This document shows, in pieces, positions 1 through 9,564 of a DNA stretch of 64,000 bases. Origin of the DNA: Heptranchias perlo. Taxonomy: Eukaryota. A program made the translations under genes and the position numbers. Each line of letters starts with the position of its first letter. Position 1 is the first letter of the stretch. The stretch spans positions 42,842,001 through 42,906,000 of the forward strand of contig NC_090329.1 of NCBI RefSeq assembly GCF_035084215.1. Direction: 5' to 3'. The notes beneath the pieces were generated by a model. It did no database searches. It was not told where the DNA came from and was given only the letters and a program-made list of their open reading frames with translations.

Positions 1-1343
1 TTTACAGAGCCTCCTCCTCCCATTAGTTGTTTAATTGTCCACCACCATTCACAACTGGATGTGGCAGGACTGCAGAGCTTTGATCTGATCTGTTTTGTGT
101 GGAATCGCTTAGCTCTGTCTATAGCATGTGGCTTCCACTGTTTAGCATGCATGTAGTCCTGTGTTGCAGCTTCACCAGGTTGGCACCTCATTTTTAGGTA
201 CGCCTGGTGCTGCTCCTGGCATGCTCTTCTACACTCCTCATTGAACCAGGGTTGATCCCCTGGCTTGTTGGTAATGGTAGAGTGAGGAATATGCTGGGCC
301 ATGAGGTTACAGATTGTGCTCGAATACAATTCTGCTGCTGCTGATGGCCCACAGCACCTCATGGATGCCCAGTTTTGAGCTGCTAGATCTGTTCTGAATC
401 TATCCCCTTTAGCACGGTGGTAGTGCCACACAACACGTTGGATGGTGTCCTCAGTGTAAAGACGGGACTTTGTCTCCACAAGGACTGTGCGGTGGTCACT
501 CCTACCAATACTGTCACGGAAAGATGCACCTGCGACAGGTAGATTGGTGAGGACGAGGTCAAGTAGGTTTTTCCCTCGTGTTGGTTTGCTTAACATCTGC
601 CGCAGGCCCAGTCTGGCAGCTATGTCCTTCAGGACTCGACCAGCTCGGTCAGTAGTGGTGCTACTGAGCTACTTTTGGTGATGGACATTGAAGTCCCCCA
701 CCCAGAGTACATTTTGTGCCCTTGCTACTCTCAGACTTTCCTGAAAGTGGTGCTCAACATGGAGGAGGACTGATTCATCAGCTGAGGATGGGCAGTAGGT
801 GGTAATCAGAAGGAGGTTTCCTTGCCAATGTTTGACCTGATGCCATGAGATTTCATGGGGTCCGGAGTCGATGTTGAGGACGTCAAGGGATACTCCCTCC
901 TGACTGTATATCACTGTACCGCCACCTCTGGTGTGTCTGTCCTGCCGGTGGGACAGGACATATCCAGGGATGGTGATGGAAGAGACTGGGACGTTGGCTG
1001 AAAGTTATGATTCTGTGAGTATGGCTATGTCAGGCTGTTGCTTGACTAGTCTGTGGGACAGCTCTCCCAATTTTGGCAAAAGTCCCCAGTTTTTTAGTGA
1101 GGAGGACTTTACAGGGTCGACTGGGCTTGGTTTGCCTTTCTCGTGTCCAGTGCCTAGTGGTCTGATGCTGGGTGGTCCGTCCAGTTTTATTCTTAATATG
1201 ACTTTTCGTAGCAAGATTGTACAACTGAATCGCTTGCTAGGCTATTTCTGAGGGCGATTAAGAATCAATCGCATTGCTGTGGGTCTGGAGTCACATATAG
1301 GCCAGACCAGGTAAGGACGGCAGGTTTCCTTCCCTGAAGGACA
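1..1343 (-). mobile_element. LINE family B (CR1/L2-group non-LTR retrotransposon), 5' region: UTR plus disrupted APE endonuclease; runs off window start
   Basis: ORF pieces 1005-1214 (NWGLLPKLGELSHRLVKQQPDIAILTES) and 669-914 (VLWVGDFNVHH) are APE motifs; frameshifts and stops present. Confidence 0.85.
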
Positions 1344-1427
1344 TTAGTGAACCAGGGCATTAATTAAAGGCAGCCTGCACCTGTTAAAGGGGAGGTGCAC
1401 TGTCAAATTGATCGGTGGAGGGAGACA

Positions 1428-3289
1428 ATTGGACCGGCAAGAGATCACGCACCAAGGTTCTCCAATGATGCACTTGCGGCCTTGGTGGACGAGGTGAACG
1501 CACGGAGGTCTATCTTGTACCTGCAGCGTGGCATGAGACCCACGAGACACCAGCTGTGGAGGCACTAGAAGTAGCCCTGGAGATGAATGCCAGGAGCATA
1601 GCACCACGCATGTGGATGCAGTGCAGGATAAAGTTCAATGATTTGACACAAGTGATCAAGGTGAGTGAATGCAAGTGTTAAGTGGCACATCCTACCAACT
1701 GCACCACTGCTCCATGCACATCACCAACCCACCAACAAACGCAACCTATCCATAAGCAACGCTGCACTTCGGATGCTGCATCTCACCCTCACATAGTACC
1801 ACACTTGCAATCCACACACCCACCACTTACAGGTCCCACGCACTGACTATGACAGGCACATCACCGAAACACCTTGCAGCAAAGTCAATGACACACTTCC
1901 CTCTGTCCTGCAGGTGAAATTGGTGCATAACAGCTGGCAGCAGGGACGAACGGATGAGGGACAGGCACATCTACATTTCGTCATCCCCATGGAGGAGACC
2001 TTGTTAAGGATCATTGGGCGGGCCGGCGCTGCGGCCGTGGACACTGACGGCGCTGGAGGTCCCAACGATGGGGGTCTCTGCATACCTAATTCTCCTTCTC
2101 ATTTCCCGCATCTCCCTCATCCCACAATCCTTTCTGACTCACATGCTGCAGATGGTATAAGCTCGCACGTCTTACTTGCTCCTCTCCCTGCTCCACAACT
2201 CAACCCATCTCCCTTTGTCATTGCAGATACCCAAGAACTGGAGTCGGCACCGTCCGAGGTGGAGGAGGAGGAAGACACAGACAATGAAGCCACACCGTCA
2301 CTTGATCTGACACTTGCTTCCGCCAGCTCAGATACTGACACTGCGTGTCCTTTAGAGGCTAGATTAGAGGAGGGATCTGCACATGGTGAGAAACCGGGCA
2401 CATGTGCGTAGGAGCTGGAGCAGGGGGAACGGATACCGCAGGTGCCAACTCGCTGGAGGGCGAGGTCGCACAATGGTTTTGCTGTCGAGGAGTCAGATGA
2501 TGACTTCGATGGGCCAGGCTACAGAAGAAGGCTGATGGGCGTACACAAACAAATACTTGGTGCACTGGAAAGCCTGCCAGAATGCCTGCGCACAATATCA
2601 AGGGGCATGGAGGAGTCCAGCTCCAACTTGGCACAGGGCTTTGCGCTGAGCTTGGAGCCCATCCTTACCCACACGGGTGGGTCACCGCCATCAGCACACC
2701 TGTGGAATCCGCCTGATGACCGATGGTCTCAGCTTCCATTGCAGCATAAACAGCTTCCATCGCAGAACAAACAGATGCCATCAAAAGTGTGCATGCTTCA
2801 TCTGGAGCTCAGGCTGCTGCTTTGGAATCTCAGACTGCTGCTTTGGAAGCTCAGGCTTCAGTGTTACAGGCTCAGACTGCTGCTATTGTGGCTCTGGGTA
2901 CCACAGTGGAACGGGGCTTCCAGGGCATCAAAGCACTCCAGCAATCCGTTCTCCAGCAGATCACCAGGATTGCTGAGGCACCACCCCATGGGAGTGGCGG
3001 TGGCATCATGACAGTCGAACCTGCTGCCCTCTCTCGGGGTGACAGCATTCCTGCTCTCACCGCTGCCACTCTGCCAATGCCTTTGCGATTGCCTGTCAGC
3101 CAGGCAGGCCAGAATGCTGCAGCCCAGGCCGAGATGGTGCAGTCTGAAGCTTGGCTCTCCCTGCTTGAGGTCATCCTCCATGGCCATCTGCACTCTCCTC
3201 CTTCCACCACCCATGTCCCAGCCATTGGGAATGCACCTTGTAGGAACACTAGGAGAGGAAAAGACACACAAATGACAGACACTGAGTAA
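1428..3289 (+). pseudogene. Harbinger Myb/SANT-like (trihelix) DNA-binding protein, 3 exons, disrupted
   Basis: Manual translation APRFSNDALAALVDEV...WMQCRIKFNDLTQVIK; donor GTGAGT at 1661, acceptors CAG at 1911-1913 and 2224-2226; acidic linker and heptad-repeat C-terminus. Confidence 0.8.
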
Positions 3290-3499
3290 ATGCACAAGGG
3301 TGAATAGTGCAATGTTGTATACATGATTTCATGTGTAAGTTTATAAATTTGTATTGGACATCGCAGTTGGTGGTGGTTTTTATTCATGCGATGCGCTGCG
3401 GGAAGAAGCAATGTGTAATCATAAGGAGGGTGATTTAATGGTCATGTGGGAGAGGAAAGGTGAGGGGTGTAGGACTGTTGGTGGCTTGGGAGGTATCGT

Positions 3500-4660
3500 T
3501 GAGGTTACTGATATCGCTCATTAATAAGGTGAGCTCACAGAGCCCTGGCAGACAGGACTGGTGCACCTTGCTGTCTCCTTGCCTCTTCCTCCTCCTCCTC
3601 CTCCTCCTCTTCCTCCTCCTCCTCGTCCTTTTCCTCGGCCTCTTGCCAGATAGGCGGTGGCAAGGGCTGTTCCCTCATAAGGGCGAGGTTGTGCAGCATG
3701 CATCATACCACGACGAAACTTGACACCTGCTCAGCGGAGTACTGCAGGGCTTCACCGGAATGGTCCAGGTAGCTGGAGCGTTGCTTTAGGATGCCTATGG
3801 CATGCTTGATGACATTTCGTGTGGCCGCATGGTTCTTGCTGTAGGCCTGCTCTGCATGTGTACATTCCTGAGCAGAGTCATAAGCCACCCCATGAGGGGA
3901 TAGCCCTTGTCACCCAGTAGCCAGCCTTTGACTTGCCGTGCCGAGTGAAAGATAGGTGGAACTTTGGACTGCAGCATAAAGAAGGCGTCATGACTGCTGC
4001 TAGGGTAGTGAGCATTGACCTGCATGATGCACTGCGTGTGGTCGCACACCAGCTGCATATTGAGGGAATGGAATCCCTTTCTGTTCATGAATATGGCCGA
4101 GTTGAGATGTGGAGCAGGCAAGGCAATATGCATGCAGTCAATGGCACCCTGCACCTTGGGGAAGCCTGCAATGCGAGCAAAACCTCATGCTCAATCGTTC
4201 TGCTTCTCTCTTTCAAGTGGGAAGGTTATGAATCTGTTGCGCAGCTCGTACAGAACCTCAGTGACCTCCCTTTTGCAGCAGTGCACTGCAAACTGCGAGA
4301 TGTTGCACATATCACCAGCAGAGGCCTGAAAGGATCCAGAGCCATAAAAGTTCAGTGCCACAGTTACCTTCACAGCCACAGGCAATGCTGTCCTTGCCCT
4401 GCTCTGAGGCTGCAGCAGTTGACATATCTCCATCACTACCTCTTTTGTGAACCACAGCCATCGGATGCACTGATCTTTGCTCAGGTTGAGGGAAGAGAAT
4501 TGGTCCCTGAAGGCCTTCATGGGATATGGCCTTCTGTTCAGTGCCCTGCGCCCCCTCCTCCTCCTCCATTTCCTCGCAGCTTGACCTGCTCTGCGTGGCC
4601 TCTTTGCATGTTCCCAGTCATGTTCTGTGCCCAGCGGGAGCCCTAGCAGGCCATCCATGG
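3500..4660 (-). pseudogene. HARBI1-like DDE transposase, frameshifted
   Basis: ALPVAVKVTVALNFYGSGSFQ, GAIDCMHI, NRKGFHSLNMQLVCD, HDAF, LLGDKGYP motifs in ORFs 4191-4703, 3795-4154 and 3703-3888. Confidence 0.92.
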
Positions 4661-5394
4661 TTGCCAGAAATCTTGTACAGCACACTGTTGTAAATGCCAC
4701 CAACAGTATTGCAGGACCTGCCAGACCACTTTCTATATACTATTGCAACTTTCTCCAAGTATAGGAAGCTTCAACAAACACGTCCAATTATACCAAGAAG
4801 CAATAATCCAGCAACTAACCTGCAACAACTGTATGATCCCTTTAAATAGCGCAGGTGGGGGGTCCTGCAAGTCATTTACGACCTGTTCAACAATGCATGG
4901 TTAAGACAGTGCATTGGCTGGAGCCAACGTTGAGTTCCAAGATTGTATCTGTCCCTTTAAATCAGCGTTGCACGCTGATCCAATTCATATTTTCCTTACT
5001 TTACATGCTGCCGGCGTTTGTTATCTGCGTGTGCGCAAACACCTTTACCGAGATGGTGTCCAGCGCACCTCAAACTAGAAGCGTGCGCGCGCATTCCGGA
5101 TGCAATTTGGGTCCTTCGGAGGCCACGAAGCGTCTACAAAATGGGCGCTACATGGCCCAATTTATAGCCCTATGTTCCTAATGGTTGAGAAATGACTCGT
5201 AGATTGTCCAAATACATCCTCATGGAATCTATTTTCTCAACAGCAAGTAATAAATTATGAAGTAGATTTTATGAACATGTGCTACTTTCATGGAGCTTCG
5301 TGCGCTGGGTAGTACATATCAGGAATTCATTTGCAGAGATCTGCAGGATTTTCCATCCATTGAAGTTGGCTTAAACCCTGGGTGGAATCATCTC

Positions 5395-5650
5395 ATCACA
5401 GTTTGGGAGACCTTGCTATGCACAAAATGGCTGTCGCATTTGCCTACAGAATGTATGTGAAGCATTTTGAGACCCAAAGCAATATTTGAAGGCGAGCAAG
5501 GAGCTCTCCTGGTGCCCTGGCTAATATTGCTCCCTAAATCCAAACCATCAAAAATAGATTAAATTGCCTTTCATTTCAATGCTGTTTGTTGGATCTTGCT
5601 GTGCACTAAATCAATGCTACATTTACCTACATAATAAGTCACTGTAATTC
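5395..5650 (+). repeat. Degraded Deu-domain SINE fragments
   Basis: Two partial matches to CTTGCTGTGCAC-AAATGGCTG-CGCATTTGCCTAC, also present in the SINE at 43178-43650. Confidence 0.55.
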
Positions 5651-5923
5651 ACTGTTAATAGGCTGTACAAATATGAATATTTCTTGATGCCATTTCTTCC
5701 AGCCTACAATTTTTAGAGACAGGTGTCCAATACTTTACTAAATCAATGACATGTGAAGTACAATAAATGAATAAATAAATTAAAATAAGGAGTAAACCCT
5801 TATCTGACCCTGTCATTCCTTTTATTCCAGAAAGAAAAGCTTGCTGGCTGTCAAAAAAACATCCACAATCAATTGTAAACAATTTTACAACACCAAGTTA
5901 TAGTCCAACAATTTTTATTTGAA

Positions 5924-5964
5924 ATCTACAAGCTTTCGGAGGCTTCCTCCTTCGTCAGGTAAAT
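5924..5964 (-). ncRNA. Minimal hammerhead ribozyme motif (left arm)
   Basis: Exact reverse complement of 7855-7895. Confidence 0.8.
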
Positions 5965-6194
5965 GTTCAGGAGCTCCTCGAAGTCTACGCATTTATACAT
6001 ATAGAACAATACATGGTGTTTACAGACTGCCCCTGCAACTGCCCGTTGCCAAGGCAATCACCGTGTTCAGACAGAGAGGTGTCACCTACAGAACCCCCGA
6101 ATACACATTCAACAAAAAAACAAACAGGGAAAAAAAAACAGAGAGAGGCAGAAACATCCGGAAGGCAGAGAAAGCCAGCAAATGACCCATTATA

Positions 6195-6899
6195 TTAAAA
6201 AGATAGCTTTTGTTCGCTGGTGGGGTAACGTGTAGCGTGACATGAACCCAAGAGGCCGTCCTCATGGGTGCGGAACTTGGCTATCAATTTCTGCTCGACG
6301 ATTTTGCGTTGTCGTGTGTCTCGAAGGCCGCCTTGGAGAACGCTTACGCGAAGATCGGTGACTGAATGTCCCTGACTGCAGAAGTGTTCCCCGACTGGGA
6401 GGGAACCCTCCTGTCTGGCGATTGTTGCGCGGTGTCCGTTCATCCGTTGCCGCAGTGTCTGCATGGTCTCGCCAATGTACCATGCTCCGGGGCATCCTTT
6501 CCTGCAACGTATGAGGTAGACAACGTTGGCCGAGTCACAGGAGTATGAACCATGCACCTGGTGGGTGGTGTCCTCTCGTGTGATGGTGGCATCTGTGTCG
6601 ATGATCTGGCATGTCTTGCAGCGGTTACCGTGGCAGGGTTGTGTGGTGTCGTGGACGCTGTTCTCCTGAAAGCTGGGTAATTTGCTGCGAACGATAGTCT
6701 GTTTGAGGTTGGGTGGCTGTTTAAAGGCGAGTAGTGGAGGTGTGGGGAAGGCCATAGCGAGGTGTTCATCGTCATTGATGACATGTTGAAGGCTGCGGAG
6801 AACATGGCGTAGTTTCTCCGCTCCGGGGAAGTACTGGACGACGAAGGGTACTCTGTTGGTTGCGTCCCGTGTTAGTCTTCTGAGGAGGTCTATGCGATT
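6195..6899 (-). pseudogene. Penelope ORF C-terminus (Cys-rich linker plus GIY-YIG endonuclease), left arm; 10-nt deletion removes the terminal GLN motif
   Basis: CHGNRCKTC, NVVYLIRC...WYIGET...RMNGH. Confidence 0.9.
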
Positions 6900-6907
6900 C
6901 AACGAAA

Positions 6908-7624
6908 AATCGCATAGACCTCCTCAGAAGACTAACACGGGACGCAACCAACAGAGTACCCTTCGTCGTCCAGTACTTCCCCGGAGCGGAGAAACTACGC
7001 CATGTTCTCCGCAGCCTTCAACATGTCATCAATGACGACGAACACCTCGCTATGGCCTTCCCCACAACTCCACTACTCGCCTTTAAACAGCCACCCAACC
7101 TCAAACAGACTATCGTTCGCAGCAAATTACCCAGCTTTCAGGAGAACAGCGTCCACGACACCACACAACCCTGCCACGGTAACCGCTGCAAGACATGCCA
7201 GATCATCGACACAGATACCACCATCACACGAGAGGACACCAACCACCAGGTGCATGGTTCATACTCCTGTGACTCGGCCAACGTTGTCTACCTCATACGT
7301 TGCAGGAAAGGATGCCCCGGAGCATGGTACATTGGCGAGACCATGCAGACACTGCGGCAACGGATGAACGGACACCGCGCAACAATCGCCAGACAGGAGG
7401 GTTCCCTCCCAGTCGGGGAACACTTCAGCAGTCAGGGACATTCAGTCACCGATCTTCGCGTAAGCGTTCTCCAAGGCGGCCTTCGAGACACACGACAACG
7501 CAAAATCGTCGAGCAGAAATTGATAGCCAAGTGCCGCACCCATGAGGACGGCCTCAACCGGGATCTTGGGTTCATGTCACGCTACACGTTACCCCACCAG
7601 CGAACAAAAGCTATCTGTTTTTAA
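6908..7624 (+). pseudogene. Penelope ORF C-terminus (Cys-rich linker plus GIY-YIG endonuclease), right arm; frame open but 5'-truncated (no RT core)
   Basis: NVVYLIRC...WYIGET...RMNGH...VEQKLI...DGLNRD. Confidence 0.9.
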
Positions 7625-7854
7625 TATAATGGGTCATTTGCTGGCTTTCTCTGCCTTCCGGATGTTTCTGCCTCTCTCTGTGTTTTTTTTCCTGTTTGTT
7701 TTTTTGTTGAATGTGTATTCGGGGGTTCTGTAGGTGACACCTCTCTGTCTGAACACGGTGATTGCCTTGGCAACGGGCAGTTGCAGGGGCAGTCTGTAAA
7801 CACCATGTATTGTTCTATATGTATAAATGCGTAGGCTTCGAGGAGCTCCTGAAC

Positions 7855-7895
7855 ATTTACCTGACGAAGGAGGAAGCCTCCGAAAGCTTGTAGAT
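7855..7895 (+). ncRNA. Minimal hammerhead ribozyme motif (right arm)
   Basis: ATTTAC-CTGACGA-A-GGAGG(AAG)CCTCC-GAAA-GCTT-GTAGAT: catalytic core, stem II, palindromic AGCT stem III, 6-bp stem I. Confidence 0.8.
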
Positions 7896-9564
7896 TTCAA
7901 ATAAAAATTGTTGGACTATAACTTGGTGTTGTAAAATTGTTTACAATTGTCAACCCCAGTCCATCACCGGCATCTCCACATCATGACATCCACAATCAAA
8001 ACATTTTGAACTAAACCTATATCCTAAAAATTCTATGTCTAAAAAAAAATCAACTTTGTTAACCCCTTATTTGCTAGTTTTATAACTGATCTTTTCTGTG
8101 TTCCTGCTAAATGGGCTTGTGCCTAGTATTTAAATACTGGGGAATTCCAGTGGTGTCTGTCATACCCGGTTTCTGCAGCTCCTGGGACAAGCCATCAACC
8201 AGCTCCAGGATATATTCATTGGGCTGAATGCCAGGATACGATTCCAAAGTTTTGTCATCCACCTTGAGACCCATGATGAAGTCCTCCCAAATTAACTGCT
8301 TTCTCTAAGTCCTTTGAGAGTTCTTCAACAAGCACATTAATTTGCCAAACATTTCCTGGATAGCCTTCAAGCAGAAAAAGGAAAGAAGAGGCCATAAGGT
8401 AGTCTAACAAGGGGAAAAATAAGATAGGAAAAATTGGCTCCTTGTCACATCATTGGAATGTCTTAAAGCGCTTCACACGATAAATTCCTTTTTTTTTGGA
8501 ATGCAGTGACTGCTATGCAGGCAAAGGAGAATAGATCAGATTATTGCGGATTTCTCATTTTTGCATTGCACTACCAAAGCAATTGTTCTGAGTATGTATT
8601 CTTACATGGTCAAAAGATAATGCATGTCACATGCAGACAAGATTCCAATTTGGTTTTACCTTTACTTAAAATGTAAGAGAAATGTATTATGTTAGTGACC
8701 TGAAATGGGTTCTAAAGCCCAAAAGTGAAGGCTGAAGGCACATTTGGACACCCTTGTGTAATTTGAGGGGTTCTGGTTTATCCTATAATACAGCATACAC
8801 CCACATTTTTATGTTGTCTCTCTGTATCTTTTATAGAGACATGTCAGTAAAAAAATGATGCAAAGGCTGCCAGTTGTAGAGGTTGGATTTTTTTTTAACT
8901 GCATGCTTTCCTGTAATCATTCCAAAACGGGCTTGATCCTGTTCTTTCTGGTTGTCTATTGAAAGCAACTATGTGGATTATCAATATAATATTCAAACAG
9001 ATTAAATGATCCCAGAACAATTTTAAAGCAACAGTATGTTGGACAACATAATTTTATGCTGTATTCTGCATTTTACAACTAATAAAATCTATATTTGTTA
9101 TAACTAAAACTTCTTTTAAAAAGCAATGAGACAAGCGTGATCAGGCCCATCCTACCTCTTAACAGCAATTAGCTCACCGTGGCCCCAAAATTCCTGTAGG
9201 GCCGTTGTGCTGGCTGCACACTGGCAGAGAGGACTCTAAATCCCTTTGAGGCCACCGGTACCCACCCTGGCATCGCCCCCAAAAAATCAGACCAATGTCA
9301 TGCTACTCCATGCTGAAGAAGAGGCTCAAGAAGGCAAGAAGGGCCCAGTGACCAGGTGAGTTTTCTTCCCCTCCAGGATCGATTAGCTTTGGCTGGTCGG
9401 GGTTTCAGGCCTTTTACGTGTCCTCAACAGTGCTCACACATAGACGAATGTGATGGCGGGATAGAAGATCCACTCTCTCCTTCCCACCAAAATTTACCAA
9501 CTTCCTCTCCACACAGCTAAATCCCAGCAGAACCAAGTTCCACCCCATTTTCTGTCACCAATCC

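Larger units (their letters stand above)
1344..5170. mobile_element. PIF/Harbinger DNA transposon copy 1 with convergent Myb/SANT and DDE transposase genes; left end missing
   Basis: Two convergent decayed genes; right terminus GGCCCAATTTATAGCCC resembles the copy 2 terminus GGCCCAATTTAGAGCCC. Confidence 0.9.
5870..7985. mobile_element. Penelope-like element (Neptune type), 5'-truncated, arranged as a head-to-head palindrome with about 1.03-kb arms and a one-sided 3' tail
   Basis: 5870-6899 is the reverse complement of 6908-7949 (8-nt spacer); tail 7950-7985; TSD ACATCCACAATCAA at 5859-5872 and 7986-7999. Confidence 0.95.

Noticed and set aside
3575-3640. (CCT)n microsatellite
   Set aside because: Explained as the acidic C-terminal tract of the transposase on the minus strand.
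3500-4660. Domesticated HARBI1 host gene
   Set aside because: Frameshifted, multicopy in the window, and paired with a Myb gene and TIR, so it is a transposon.
5870-7985. Palindrome as a DNA transposon with long TIRs or an assembly artefact
   Set aside because: Arms encode GIY-YIG, differ by substitutions and an indel, and have a one-sided tail and TSD; a second independent example exists at 61642-62493.
8840-8885. 45-nt plus-strand exon candidate (RHVSKKMMQRLPVVE)
   Set aside because: Weak donor and no homology; expected by chance.
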